Assembly: GCA_017451045.1 (NCBI GenBank)
Contig: JAFSSK010000098.1
Location: 14,561-78,560 of the forward strand
DNA: 64,000 bases
Source of the DNA: Clostridia bacterium
GTDB taxonomy: Bacteria; Bacillota; Clostridia; Oscillospirales; CAG-272
Reading direction: 5' to 3'
In this document: one piece after another, positions 18,607 to 29,055 of the stretch
Layout: every line of letters starts with the position of its first letter
Numbering within the stretch: position 1 is the first letter of the stretch
Program-made: the position numbers and the translations under genes
The notes under the pieces: model-generated
The model's input: the letters and a program-made list of their open reading frames with translations, nothing else
Databases searched by the model: none
Told to the model about the DNA's origin: nothing

Positions 18607-19649
18607 GTCCTTCCGTTTCTTCAACGCCGGCACGGTACAGAACGCGCGGTCTTCTTCTGCGCGGGATAGGCGGACTGTATACCATCAGAGCGTACGGCCC
18701 CAAAAAGCACAGGGATTGCTTCGGTGAAACCGATTCCCCGCTTTGCGGACAGACCGTCTTCTGCCGCGCGAAAGGCGCATTCCGGCATGAAAACCTTTCT
18801 CCCGTCATCGGCGACACGGTAGAGATTTCCTATTCGGCCGCCTCCTTCTCCTGTGACGAAGCAGGTCGCCCCGTGCCCGATCCAGGCGGAGCCGATCTGC
18901 GGATCGAGGCTATCGTAAACAGAAGGAACTGTCTGATCAGGCCACCCGTCGCGAACCTGGACTTTCTTTTCGTCGTTTTCTCTCCGGTATATCCGGAAGT
19001 GAACCTCACCACGCTGGACGAGCTGATCTCCATCGCGGAATATAACCATATCGAACCAGTCCTTGTCATCACCAAGCAGGAACTGGATCCTTCCGCGACG
19101 CAGGAGCTCCGCACTTTATATGAGAATGCCGGCTTCCGCGTCTTCGTGCTCGGAGACCACGCGACGGACGGGATCCAGGCGCTCAGAGCGTTCGTTCGGG
19201 AATCGCTTCCCGGGCGTATCGCGGCATTCGCCGGCGCTTCGGGCGTCGGCAAATCCACGCTAGTCAACATGCTGTTCCCCGGGATCAGCCAGGTCGTCGG
19301 AGATCTCGCACGCAGAACAGAGCGAGGCAGGCAGACGACAAGACACGTGGAACTCTTCGAATTTCCGGGGCTTTCCGAGCCGGGGTATCTCGCGGACACG
19401 CCCGGGTTCTCCATGCTGGATTTCGTCCGCTTCGACTTTTTCGAAAAGCAGGATCTGCCCGAGACCTTCCGAGAATTCGTCCCGCTGCTGGGCAAGTGCC
19501 GATACACTTCCTGCACGCACACCAAGGAGGAAGATTGCGCCATCGTAAGAGCCGTCACGGACGGAAGCGTCGCCAAGTCCAGACATGACAGCTATCTTGT
19601 CATGTACGACGCGCTTAAAAACAAAAAAAGCTGGGACAGGAAGAACTGA
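18603..19649 (+). CDS. rsgA: Ribosome small-subunit-dependent GTPase A
   Basis: Circularly permuted GTPase: 'VITKQELD' (NKxD-like) precedes 'AGASGVGKSTLVN'. C-terminal Cys/His zinc motif 'CRYTSCTHTKEEDC'. ATGA overlap with rlmN. Confidence 0.9.
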   Translation: MSPSVSSTPARYRTRGLLLRGIGGLYTIRAYGPKKHRDCFGETDSPLCGQTVFCRAKGAFRHENLSPVIGDTVEISYSAASFSCDEAGRPVPDPGGADLRIEAIVNRRNCLIRPPVANLDFLFVVFSPVYPEVNLTTLDELISIAEYNHIEPVLVITKQELDPSATQELRTLYENAGFRVFVLGDHATDGIQALRAFVRESLPGRIAAFAGASGVGKSTLVNMLFPGISQVVGDLARRTERGRQTTRHVELFEFPGLSEPGYLADTPGFSMLDFVRFDFFEKQDLPETFREFVPLLGKCRYTSCTHTKEEDCAIVRAVTDGSVAKSRHDSYLVMYDALKNKKSWDRKN

Positions 19650-19683
19650 TGCGCCGTATGACACATTGTTCCCTGTCCCTTTC

Positions 19684-19715
19684 GGCCGCCTGTTTGGCGG
19701 CCTTTTCTGTTTTTT
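19684..19715 (+). terminator. Intrinsic terminator after rsgA (hairpin shared with convergent thiN)
   Basis: GGCCGCC-tgttt-GGCGGCC followed by TTTTCTGTTTTTT. Confidence 0.7.
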
Positions 19716-19733
19716 CAGTTTCCGTCCCGCGCG

Positions 19734-20360
19734 TCAGTCCATAGATTCGATCACCAGAAGCCCGCCTTTGCGCACGGCGACCAGTGCGCAGTTCCCGGTC
19801 AGTTCGTTGGACGTCGCGAACGCCTGCCTGCGCGTCAGCGTCCTGTTCTTCATTTCGTACTTGCAGCCCTCAACGGATACGCCCCTGCACCTTTCGTCGA
19901 CGCTGATGAGGCCCAGGTATTTGTATTTGCTCCTGGGGATCAGGATGCTGTTGTTGCGGATGAAATGGACGCGGTTCCGTCCGTTGCAGATCACCGTGAA
20001 GATCTGCTTTTCCCACAGATCCTCCAGAAGGCCCAGATTGGCCATCGTATGATCCATGCGTCCGTCAAGTCCCCCGATGATCACGATCTCCCCGGCGCCG
20101 TGCCTGATGGCCGTTTCCGCCGCGATCTGCGTGTCCGTCGCGTCCTTTTCGGCAGGCACCTGGAGCACCTCTGCCCCTTCCGGCGGCTGAATGGCGCCGA
20201 TCGAGTCCATGTCGCCAAGGAATATATCGATCCGCTTGACCCCGAGGGCCAGAGCGTTTTTGTACCCGGAATCGGCGGCTATGACGAGATCCTCCTCGTC
20301 AGGCTCCGTGGTGATGTTGTCCGGATAGACAGGTCCCCCCGTATAGATAAAAGCGCGCAT
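19734..20360 (-). CDS. thiN: Thiamine diphosphokinase
   Basis: MRAFIYTGGP.., 'IAADSGY', 'LGDMDSI', and a C-terminal thiamin-binding domain. RBS AAGGAGG before ATG 20360. Confidence 0.85.
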   Translation of the reverse strand: MRAFIYTGGPVYPDNITTEPDEEDLVIAADSGYKNALALGVKRIDIFLGDMDSIGAIQPPEGAEVLQVPAEKDATDTQIAAETAIRHGAGEIVIIGGLDGRMDHTMANLGLLEDLWEKQIFTVICNGRNRVHFIRNNSILIPRSKYKYLGLISVDERCRGVSVEGCKYEMKNRTLTRRQAFATSNELTGNCALVAVRKGGLLVIESMD

Positions 20361-20473
20361 CCCTGATACCTCCTTGATCTTCCTGCGTTCATTATATATC
20401 GCATCCTGTGTCTTTTGCAATTCTTTTTTTGCCGTTTACCTGCGCGCGTACGACGCACGATGCGGAAGAAAAC

Positions 20474-20502
20474 TTGAAATATCATAATACAAGTGTTATA
20501 AT
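20474..20502 (+). promoter_or_regulatory. Sigma-A promoter of the ABC/GldG-like module
   Basis: TTGAAA, 17 nt, TATAAT with a TGt extended -10. Confidence 0.6.
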
Positions 20503-20537
20503 AATCTATCCATAACTATGCAAAGGTCGGTATTTTT

Positions 20538-21686
20538 ATGATCAAGATTGACCATCTGGTAAAAAACTACGGAAGCAACTGCGCCGTGGATGATATCAGT
20601 TTTGAGATTCAGTCCGGTGAGATCGTTGGATTCCTGGGGCCGAACGGCGCCGGGAAGAGCACGACGATGAACGTCCTGACGGGTTATATATCCTCCACTT
20701 CCGGAAACATATCCATCGACGGGATCGATATTCTGGACGATCCGCTGGCCGTCAAGCAGAAGATCGGCTATCTGCCGGAGCAGCCTCCCCTCTACCTCGA
20801 TATGACCGTTCGGGAATACCTGAATTTCATATACGAGCTGAAAAGCTGCAAACTGCCCCGCGAGGAACACCTGAAGGAGATCTGCGAGACCGTGAAGATC
20901 CAGGACGTTTCCGGGCGCATCATCAAAAACCTTTCCAAAGGCTACCGCCAGCGTATCGGCGTGGCGCAGGCCCTGATCGGCAATCCGTCCGTCATCATCT
21001 TCGACGAGCCGACCGTCGGTCTCGACCCCAAGCAGGTCATCGAGATACGGCATCTCATCCGCGGCCTCGGCAAGAACCATACCGTCATCCTTTCCACCCA
21101 CATTCTGCAGGAAGTACAGGCGGTGTGCGACAGGATCATCATCATCAACAAAGGAAAGATCGTCGCAGACGAGAAGACCGAGAACATTTCCCGCGTGGTG
21201 GCCAGCAACCGGCGGTTCAACGCCAAGATCTGCGGACCCCAGAAGGACGTTCTCGCCATGCTGAAAGCCAAACAGGGCATCACATACTGCGAGGCGCTTG
21301 CCGAAAAGGACGGCGACGCCTGCACCTATCTGATCGAAAGCGAGCCCGGAACGGATATCCGCAAGAACCTGTTCTACTCGCTGGCCGAAAGGAACTGGCC
21401 GCTGATCGGACTGGAGGCGCTGGGCATGAACCTGGAAGACATCTTCATTTCCGTCGTCGACCAGTCTGACGCGAACGAAAAAGCAACCAAATACAGGCCC
21501 GCCAAGAAGAACCGCGCCAGGAACACCCGTTCGCAGCTGGAGACATCCGTCGCCACCGAAATGGTCGAGGAGGCGGAAAAGAAACGGGCGGACAGTCTGT
21601 CCGAACAGTCCCCTGCCGGGCAGAGCGGTCCGGATGCGGACGACAGGAGCTGGGACCGTCACGATCCCGCTCAGGAATCAAAGTAA
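20538..21686 (+). CDS. ABC transporter ATP-binding protein (ABC-2/GldA-like) with an approximately 80-aa disordered charged C-terminal tail
   Basis: 'GPNGAGKST' Walker A, 'LSKGYRQR' signature, 'IIFDEPT' Walker B. Confidence 0.9.
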   Translation: MIKIDHLVKNYGSNCAVDDISFEIQSGEIVGFLGPNGAGKSTTMNVLTGYISSTSGNISIDGIDILDDPLAVKQKIGYLPEQPPLYLDMTVREYLNFIYELKSCKLPREEHLKEICETVKIQDVSGRIIKNLSKGYRQRIGVAQALIGNPSVIIFDEPTVGLDPKQVIEIRHLIRGLGKNHTVILSTHILQEVQAVCDRIIIINKGKIVADEKTENISRVVASNRRFNAKICGPQKDVLAMLKAKQGITYCEALAEKDGDACTYLIESEPGTDIRKNLFYSLAERNWPLIGLEALGMNLEDIFISVVDQSDANEKATKYRPAKKNRARNTRSQLETSVATEMVEEAEKKRADSLSEQSPAGQSGPDADDRSWDRHDPAQESK

Positions 21687-21700
21687 GGAGGTGAGATCGA

Positions 21701-22471
21701 ATGCTGGCAATTTACAAAAAGGAACTGCGCGCCTATTTCATTAACCCGATCGGTTACGTGTTCATCGGCGTCTTCCTGACCTTCGCCGCGCTCAGCTGCT
21801 GCTACACGACCATCATCCAGGCCTCCTACAGCACGACGAACTACTTCACCATCATGATCTTCGCGTTCGCCATCCTGATCCCGCTTCTGACCATGCGGTC
21901 CTTCGCGGAGGAAAGGAAGTTGAAGACCGAGCAGCTGCTGCTGACGGCCCCGGTCACGATCACCGGGATGGTCTTCGGCAAATACCTGGCCGCGCTCACC
22001 ATTTACCTCGGTTCGATGCTCACGTCTCTTGTCAACCTGATCCCGATCTACGTGATCGGAAAACAGGAACGCGCGAACACATCCTATTCCGTCATCCATA
22101 TCGGCCCAGTCACCTCGCAGATCGTCGGCGAGTTCGTCGGCGTGCTGCTGCTGGGGGCGGCCTTCATCGCCATCGGCGTGCTGATCTCCTCCCTGACGGA
22201 GAACCAGCTGTCGGCGGCAGTCGTTTCGATCAGCGTCATCCTGGTCATGGTACTCATCAACCTGCTGAACAACGCCACGGACCGTGACGGTCAGCAGCTC
22301 ATTTCCAACTACGCGATCCGGTTTGTGCTGAACTGGGTCTCCGTTCTTGACCGCTACAGCATATTCGGGACCGGCAGGCTGGATCTGGCCGGGCTGGTCT
22401 ACTATGCCTCCCTGGTTTTCGTGTCCTTGTTTTTGACGATCAGGGTCTACGAAAAACGGCGCTGGAGCTGA
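21701..22471 (+). CDS. ABC-2 type permease (GldF-like)
   Basis: 256-aa polytopic membrane protein immediately after the ATPase. RBS AAGGAGGTGA. Confidence 0.8.
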   Translation: MLAIYKKELRAYFINPIGYVFIGVFLTFAALSCCYTTIIQASYSTTNYFTIMIFAFAILIPLLTMRSFAEERKLKTEQLLLTAPVTITGMVFGKYLAALTIYLGSMLTSLVNLIPIYVIGKQERANTSYSVIHIGPVTSQIVGEFVGVLLLGAAFIAIGVLISSLTENQLSAAVVSISVILVMVLINLLNNATDRDGQQLISNYAIRFVLNWVSVLDRYSIFGTGRLDLAGLVYYASLVFVSLFLTIRVYEKRRWS

Positions 22472-22490
22472 TAGCCGAGGAGGAACAGAC

Positions 22491-24572
22491 ATGAAACAGA
22501 TAACTGTCAACCGCAAAAAACTGAAGCACGGAAGCGTGTCGGTGGCCCTGACCGCCGTTGTCGTGGCGCTCGTCGTCATTTTCAATGTGATCATCACCCT
22601 GCTCGGGAACAAATTCAACCTGTATATCGACCTCACGGCCGAATCTCTCTATACCCTGTCCCAGGAATGCAAAGACCTTCTGCGCGAAAACTTCGAGGAT
22701 TTCGCAGAGAAAGCGGCCGAAGCCAACCCGGGCGTCGGCCGGGAGAACGAGGCTACGCTGCAGTCCAACGAGGAGATCAGCGGACAGATCCCTGCCTTTA
22801 CAGAGACGGTACGCGCACTCCATGACGAATACTACAACGGCTATCAGGAACTGTTCGATTTCTTTGAAAGCGACAGTCTTTCAAGCTACTACGCGCAGTA
22901 TCTTGCCGAATACCGCCAGGCATACGACGCCTATTTCGACAAATCCGGCGCCAGCCTTGCTGTCAGCGAACTGACCGACGACATGAAGAAATACAATGAC
23001 GCCGTCTCGCAGTTCAATACTAAGATCTCCACACTGAACAACTACATTTCGGGCATGAACCGGATCATCAAGCGGGCAAACGCCAGGATCGCGGTCCTGA
23101 ACGAGACCTCTGAGACGCCGGCTCCGGAGTACGAGCAGCTGTCCCGTTACGCAAAGCTCGCCGCTTTTCAGGAATCCACCGTGCAGATCATCTTCTGCAA
23201 AGACGCGGACAACCTGATGGCGGACGCATACTCCAATTACGTCTACCAGACCGCCCAGGAGCTTCACAACGCCTTCCCGGACATCATCGAGGTAGAATGC
23301 GTCAACATCTACAATAATCCGTCTGCCGTGCAGCGGTTCAAGGCGACTTCCGGCGCGACCATCTACGACACGGACGTCATCGTGGCCAGCGGCACAGAAT
23401 ACAGACTGTACGGACAGCGCACGTTCTTCGTGTTCGAGAATTCGTCTTCAACCACCCCGTGGGCCTACAACGGGGAGCGGTATCTGGCGACCGCGATCCT
23501 TGCCGTCACCAGGGCTCAGTCTCCCGTCTGCGCGCTCACCGTCAATCACGGCGAGACCGTATACGATTACGAACTGCTTTACAACCTGACCTACAGCGCA
23601 GGATACCAGATCATGTATCTTGATCTGCTGCGGGACGAGATCCCGGACGACTGCCGCCTGATCCTCACCTTCAACCCCAAGACCGATTTCATCAGCTACT
23701 TTGACGACGACAGCGTCGAGGACGGCGTATCCGAGATCGACAAGCTCGACAGATTTCTTGACAAGTCGAACAGCTTTCTTTTGTTCATCGATGCGTACAC
23801 GCCGGAGCTGAAGAACCTTGAGGAATATATGGAGGAATGGGGCATCACCGTCTGCCGCGCTAACGTCGACGGCGATAACTACAATTACCTGCTGAAAGAC
23901 CCCACGAACTCGCTGACTTCAAACGGCACGTCCATCCTGGCCGAGCCGGTCACGACAGGACTTGCCTCTACGCTGCTCCGTTCCATGACGGAAAGCACGA
24001 CCATGTTCCCGTCCGTCGTCTTCAAGAACTCGACTGCCCTGGGCGTTTCGGATATGTACAACCTTACGGACGTGGAAGCCGACGAGGACAGCGGGACCCC
24101 CGCCTTTACCTACTATGAGTATTACGGAAACGGCGTGACCCGCAGGCGCTTCGATATCTTCAAGACCAGCGAAGGATCCTACGCTGACGCTGCAGGCCAG
24201 AAAGTGGACGCGACAGGCCGTTACACCACCATGGTCGTAACGTATGAGGCGGACAGCGCCACGCTTGATTCATACGGCAATACCATTTCCAACCATCACT
24301 ATTTCGGCGTCATCTCCTCCACGGAGTTCGCCTCCGAGGACTTTCTGCAGTCCGCGACTTTCGGCAACACGGACGTCATGCTGTCCGTTCTCCGCACGAT
24401 GGGGCGCGAGAACGTGGGAGTCGGGCTGAAATTCAAGCCGTTCGCCGATGAGACGATCGACAGCATCACGACCGTGCAGATGGTGCGTGATACCGTTCTC
24501 CTGGCTGCCATACCGGCTGTGCTGGCTCTGGTGGCAGGCGTAGTCGTCATGATCAGGAGACGCAATACATGA
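22491..24572 (+). CDS. GldG-like 'ABC-type uncharacterized transport system' auxiliary protein
   Basis: N-terminal TM and C-terminal TM anchor (LLAAIPAVLALVAGVVVMIRRR) bracket a large extracytoplasmic domain. It occupies the position after the GldA/GldF-like pair. The family call comes from architecture and memory, not an alignment. Confidence 0.6.
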   Translation: MKQITVNRKKLKHGSVSVALTAVVVALVVIFNVIITLLGNKFNLYIDLTAESLYTLSQECKDLLRENFEDFAEKAAEANPGVGRENEATLQSNEEISGQIPAFTETVRALHDEYYNGYQELFDFFESDSLSSYYAQYLAEYRQAYDAYFDKSGASLAVSELTDDMKKYNDAVSQFNTKISTLNNYISGMNRIIKRANARIAVLNETSETPAPEYEQLSRYAKLAAFQESTVQIIFCKDADNLMADAYSNYVYQTAQELHNAFPDIIEVECVNIYNNPSAVQRFKATSGATIYDTDVIVASGTEYRLYGQRTFFVFENSSSTTPWAYNGERYLATAILAVTRAQSPVCALTVNHGETVYDYELLYNLTYSAGYQIMYLDLLRDEIPDDCRLILTFNPKTDFISYFDDDSVEDGVSEIDKLDRFLDKSNSFLLFIDAYTPELKNLEEYMEEWGITVCRANVDGDNYNYLLKDPTNSLTSNGTSILAEPVTTGLASTLLRSMTESTTMFPSVVFKNSTALGVSDMYNLTDVEADEDSGTPAFTYYEYYGNGVTRRRFDIFKTSEGSYADAAGQKVDATGRYTTMVVTYEADSATLDSYGNTISNHHYFGVISSTEFASEDFLQSATFGNTDVMLSVLRTMGRENVGVGLKFKPFADETIDSITTVQMVRDTVLLAAIPAVLALVAGVVVMIRRRNT

Positions 24573-27223
24573 GTACAGCAGGAAGCATCATCAACGTCAT
24601 ATTCGAACCGGCCCCCGGCATTTCCGACAGGCAGACGATGGAAGCCGTCACGGGGAAAACGTTCCCCACCCTTCCCGCCGCCAGGCGGAAGGGCTGGATC
24701 TTCACGGGCTGGTATACGGCGGAATCGGGGGGCGAGAAGATCTGCTCCGGCGATCCTGTCACACAGGAAGAGGACATCCGGCTCTATGCACACTGGCGCA
24801 GGCCGGACAGACAGACCGGCAGCACACCTGCCAGGAAGAGCCTGCCGCGCATGCAGCGGATCGCCATCTTCGCCGTGCTGGGCATCGTGATCGTTCTGGC
24901 CGTCGCCATCCCGCTGATCATTAAATACGTCGTCAACGTCTACAAGTTCGAAGATTCGGACGGGACGCTGTACTATATCCGCAGCGACGCGGGGGAATAT
25001 GCCCTTTACACCGCTGACGGGCAGAAACTGGCAAAGCACGTTTACGTTCCGGACGAGGATGAGAATACCGTTTACCACGTCTCCGGACAGGCTTCCACCA
25101 CCTACTACATCACCGCCAGCGGCAACCAGGTCGCCGTCGATCCCGACACGGGAAAGAACTACCTGTTCGCCGTCGTCGACACGGATGAGGGCGAAGTGGT
25201 CGGTCAGTCCACGCGGATCATGATGTTCGCGCAGATCGAGCAGACCAATATCCACCGGATCGAGGTGCACAACACCGAAGGAACGTTCGCCGTGTACACG
25301 GTGCGGCTTCCCAGCAGTTCCAACGCGGTCTATTTCGAAGGGTATGAGACGAACACGAACATCGCTTTCGACCCCGAGAAGTACGCAGGGCTCTGCGTCG
25401 GCAGCGGCTACACCCTTTCCAGGCTCCGCCTTGACCGCGCGGTCGTACAGGAACACGGCTATGAGGAATACGGATTCAACGTCCTTTACAGTGAGGACGG
25501 TTCCATAACCGCCGTCAACTCGGAGAACTACGTCATCGTGACGGAGCGGAAACTGGACAGCCGGACGGGCACATATCTGTCCGGAGAGGCCGGGATCTCC
25601 CATACCGTCTTCATCGGCGACCCGATCCCGACGGGCGCGGGTTACTATGCAAAGCTGGAAGGACGCGACACCGTTTACATCCTCAATGCCACGCTGGTCG
25701 AGTATCTCCTGAAGCCCATGAACTATTTCCTCGATCCCGTCGTCATCTATCCGCTGTCCACCAGCAACTACTACGACATGACGGATTTCCAGATCTACGA
25801 GATGGATTATTCCGTCAGCGACGAGACGGGAAACGACGAAGACATCATCGCGAACTGCAAGGTCTCCTTCTCTTATATCCCGATGGAGGCCCGCGAGCGG
25901 ACGATGGTCCTCAACGAGGCGTTCAGGTTCACGAAGCCTTTCTCCTATAAGTTCGGCGATTACGTCATCAGCGCCGACAAGGCCGCTCTTGCGCTAGGCA
26001 CCCTGCAGGTCATGAAAGCGACGGAAGTCGTAGTCGTGGATCCGGACGAGGCAGACCTGATCCAGTACAAGCTGGACAAGCCGAAATTCTGGATGCACTA
26101 CACCTACAACAACACAGACAGCTTCGGCAACACCACACCCATTGACACCGATCTTATGTTCAGCGCCAACATGGGCGGATTCTACTACTGCTACTCTTAT
26201 TTTTCCAACTGCATCCTGACGATCACGGAAGAGCAGCTGCGCTACCTGGAGTTCGACAGCACCGACTGGCTGGATCAGGGATACTACTCCTCCAACATCG
26301 CGTTCGTCGACGAATTCGATCTCAGGACCGCAGAAGGCACGTACCACTTCACGCCGGACAACAGCTGGAGCATGCACTTCCAGTACACCGCTGCAGAAGA
26401 CGTTTACCAAGCGCCCGATTATGCGTCCGTCGAAACGTCAGCGGACGGTTCATACACGGTTACCTACTACTGCTACTATCTGGTCCAGACCGGCGGCGCA
26501 TACGAGATGCACGCCTATTCCATCCTCGTCAGAATGAACGCGGACGACGAGGTGACCGGATACAAGAGCAACAACGACGATCACGTCGTCTTCAAAGACA
26601 ACGAACTGACCGCTTACATCAATTCCCTTGCGAGGAGCCGTTACGAATGTCTAAACTACCTGCAAAGGACCGGCAAGAAGGTTACCGAAACCGCGATGAC
26701 CGCGGCGGATCTGTCCGAGAACGTCCAGGTGTTTTTCGACATTAACGGATCCATGTTCGGTTATGACACCAGAGACGGAAAGATGTATGAGATCGCCTAT
26801 CAGCTGTCCTCCGAAAATCTCCAGGTCGCTTACGAATACAACGGTCAGACAGGTCTTATCCAGGATTCTACGCTGGTCAAGAACTTCCGGTACCTTTACC
26901 AGGAAGTCCTTCTGAACACGCTCGAGGAGCCGGACCTCACCGAAGAGGAACAGGCAGCCATCAACGCCCTGGACGATTCCGAGTTTCTGCTGGTGCTGAC
27001 CGTGAAGCTCTCGGACAACGCCTCGGTCGTCAACAGCTTCTGTGACGAGGACAACAGCCGGACGCTTGTCGTACGGTTCTACCAGTACAGCGAACGCCGC
27101 TGCTACGTGTCCGTCAACGGCGAAGGCGAATTCTTCGTCCTGACCCCGACCGTCAAAAAGATCATCGCCGACGCGGCACGCGTCATCGCGGGAGAGACCG
27201 TCGACATCGACGCCAAATATTAA
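24569..27223 (+). CDS. Large membrane-anchored protein: N-terminal Listeria-Bacteroides (Flg_new) repeat, one TM helix, then a long DUF4340-like ectodomain
   Basis: 'INVIFEP..GKTFPTLPAARRKGWIFTGWYTAESGG..IRLYAHW' is a textbook Flg_new repeat. The TM is IAIFAVLGIVIVLAVAIPLII. ATGA overlap with the GldG-like gene. The DUF4340 assignment is from gene context and memory. Confidence 0.55.
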   Translation: MSTAGSIINVIFEPAPGISDRQTMEAVTGKTFPTLPAARRKGWIFTGWYTAESGGEKICSGDPVTQEEDIRLYAHWRRPDRQTGSTPARKSLPRMQRIAIFAVLGIVIVLAVAIPLIIKYVVNVYKFEDSDGTLYYIRSDAGEYALYTADGQKLAKHVYVPDEDENTVYHVSGQASTTYYITASGNQVAVDPDTGKNYLFAVVDTDEGEVVGQSTRIMMFAQIEQTNIHRIEVHNTEGTFAVYTVRLPSSSNAVYFEGYETNTNIAFDPEKYAGLCVGSGYTLSRLRLDRAVVQEHGYEEYGFNVLYSEDGSITAVNSENYVIVTERKLDSRTGTYLSGEAGISHTVFIGDPIPTGAGYYAKLEGRDTVYILNATLVEYLLKPMNYFLDPVVIYPLSTSNYYDMTDFQIYEMDYSVSDETGNDEDIIANCKVSFSYIPMEARERTMVLNEAFRFTKPFSYKFGDYVISADKAALALGTLQVMKATEVVVVDPDEADLIQYKLDKPKFWMHYTYNNTDSFGNTTPIDTDLMFSANMGGFYYCYSYFSNCILTITEEQLRYLEFDSTDWLDQGYYSSNIAFVDEFDLRTAEGTYHFTPDNSWSMHFQYTAAEDVYQAPDYASVETSADGSYTVTYYCYYLVQTGGAYEMHAYSILVRMNADDEVTGYKSNNDDHVVFKDNELTAYINSLARSRYECLNYLQRTGKKVTETAMTAADLSENVQVFFDINGSMFGYDTRDGKMYEIAYQLSSENLQVAYEYNGQTGLIQDSTLVKNFRYLYQEVLLNTLEEPDLTEEEQAAINALDDSEFLLVLTVKLSDNASVVNSFCDEDNSRTLVVRFYQYSERRCYVSVNGEGEFFVLTPTVKKIIADAARVIAGETVDIDAKY

Positions 27224-27269
27224 ACAATCACCTCATGTCCCATCCTACAGAAAGGAAATCTATTGAGTT

Positions 27270-28277
27270 ATGAATGACCTGATCATACCGAAAGGATATA
27301 AACCGAAACTCAACGCCTACCAGACCCAGCTGGCCATCGAATTCGTCAAAAAGAATTTCCAGCGCGAGCTGGCGCAGAACCTCAATCTGAAGCGGGTGTC
27401 AGCTCCCCTGTTCGTGAGCGGCTCCTCCGGACTGAACGACAACCTCAACGGCGTTGAGCGGCCTGTGTCCTTCGACATACCCGCCGTCGGTTCGGACGCG
27501 GAAGTCGTGCAGTCGCTGGCCAAATGGAAAAGGCTTGCGCTCAAGCGCTACGGGTTCGAGACAGGGACGGGGCTCTATACGGATATGAATGCCATCCGAA
27601 GAGACGAGGATCTGGACAACATCCATTCCGTCTACGTGGACCAGTGGGACTGGGAAAAGATCATCACGAAAGAGACCCGGACAAGATTGTATCTTATGAG
27701 CACGGTCAGATCCATCGTCGACGCGATCTGCACCACGCACGAATACCTGAAAGTCGCCTTCCCGCAGCTGGAGACGGTCCTTTCCCGGGACGTCTGCTTC
27801 ATCACGACCCAGGAGCTGGAAGACAGATTTCCGGACGCCACCCCCCACGAACGCGAGAACCTTCTGCTGAAAGAGACGAAGACCGCGTTCATCATGCAGA
27901 TCGGCGGGAAACTGAAATCCGGCATAAAGCACGACGGGCGGGCTCCGGACTATGACGACTGGTCGCTGAACGGGGACATCCTGTTCTGGAACGATGTGCT
28001 GGGAAGAGCTTTCGAGATCTCGTCCATGGGCATTCGGGTAGACAGCGAATCCCTCGACAGGCAGCTGCGCGAGGCGGGCTGCGACGACCGTCGTGATCTT
28101 CCCTTCCACAGGATGCTGCTGCAGAACGAGCTTCCGCTGACGATCGGCGGCGGTATCGGTCAGTCCCGGCTGTGCATGCTGATGATGGGATGCGCGCATA
28201 TCGGAGAAGTACAGGCAAGTATTTGGGATAAGGAGACGGCCGACAGGTGCGAAAAGGCCGGAATCATGCTGCTATGA
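27270..28277 (+). CDS. asnA: Aspartate--ammonia ligase (asparagine synthetase A)
   Basis: Collinear with E. coli AsnA: '[23 protein letters not shown]', 'DNLNG.ERPVSF', '[10 protein letters not shown]', '[11 protein letters not shown]'. Confidence 0.9.
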   Translation: MNDLIIPKGYKPKLNAYQTQLAIEFVKKNFQRELAQNLNLKRVSAPLFVSGSSGLNDNLNGVERPVSFDIPAVGSDAEVVQSLAKWKRLALKRYGFETGTGLYTDMNAIRRDEDLDNIHSVYVDQWDWEKIITKETRTRLYLMSTVRSIVDAICTTHEYLKVAFPQLETVLSRDVCFITTQELEDRFPDATPHERENLLLKETKTAFIMQIGGKLKSGIKHDGRAPDYDDWSLNGDILFWNDVLGRAFEISSMGIRVDSESLDRQLREAGCDDRRDLPFHRMLLQNELPLTIGGGIGQSRLCMLMMGCAHIGEVQASIWDKETADRCEKAGIMLL

Positions 28278-29035
28278 AAAAAATCAATTTCAATTTTGAC
28301 ATGGACCGCTTCCTGGACAGCGTCGAGGAAAAACTGACGGTCCTCTCCAACACCGTCACGCTCGGCCGCACCATTCTGGGAAGGACCCGGAAGAACATCG
28401 AAGCCGAGATCCGCCGGGACGTCAAGGCCATCCGCGACCGCGACCCGGCCGCCAGAAGCGATCTGGAGGTCATGCTGCTGTATTCGGGGCTCCATGCCAT
28501 CCTGGCATACCGCGTGGCGCACAAGCTGTACGTCAGCGACTACTATCTGCCCGCAAGGATGATCAGCCAGCTGGCCAAGACGGTGACAGGCATCGAGATC
28601 CATCCCGGCGCCACGATCGGAAAATCCCTTGTCATCGACCACGGCTCGGGCGTCGTGATCGGGGAAACGGCGGAACTGGGAGACAACTGCACGCTGTATC
28701 AGGGCGTCACCCTCGGCGGGACCGGCAAAGACACCGGCAAGCGTCACCCGACGCTCGGAAACCACGTTATGGTCGGCGCGGGCGCGAAGATCCTGGGGCC
28801 CGTCCGGATCGGTGACTTCTCGAAGATCGCTGCAGGCGCCGTCGTGCTGAACGACATACCGGAAAACTCGACAGCCGTCGGCATCCCCGCTAAGGTGGTG
28901 CGCAAGAACGGCGAACGGATGGACGACCTGGATCAGGTCCACGTCGGCGACCCTGTCGGGCAGGAACTGTCCCGCATGCGTTCTGAACTCAAGGAACTGA
29001 AAACTAAAGTAGACAAAATAGAATCGAGCAAATAA
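28274..29035 (+). CDS. cysE: Serine O-acetyltransferase
   Basis: '[29 protein letters not shown]', then hexapeptide repeats '[25 protein letters not shown]'. The start at ATG 28274 overlaps the asnA stop (ATGA). Confidence 0.9.
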   Translation: MKKINFNFDMDRFLDSVEEKLTVLSNTVTLGRTILGRTRKNIEAEIRRDVKAIRDRDPAARSDLEVMLLYSGLHAILAYRVAHKLYVSDYYLPARMISQLAKTVTGIEIHPGATIGKSLVIDHGSGVVIGETAELGDNCTLYQGVTLGGTGKDTGKRHPTLGNHVMVGAGAKILGPVRIGDFSKIAAGAVVLNDIPENSTAVGIPAKVVRKNGERMDDLDQVHVGDPVGQELSRMRSELKELKTKVDKIESSK

Positions 29036-29055
29036 AAACACAGGCGGAAATCGGA

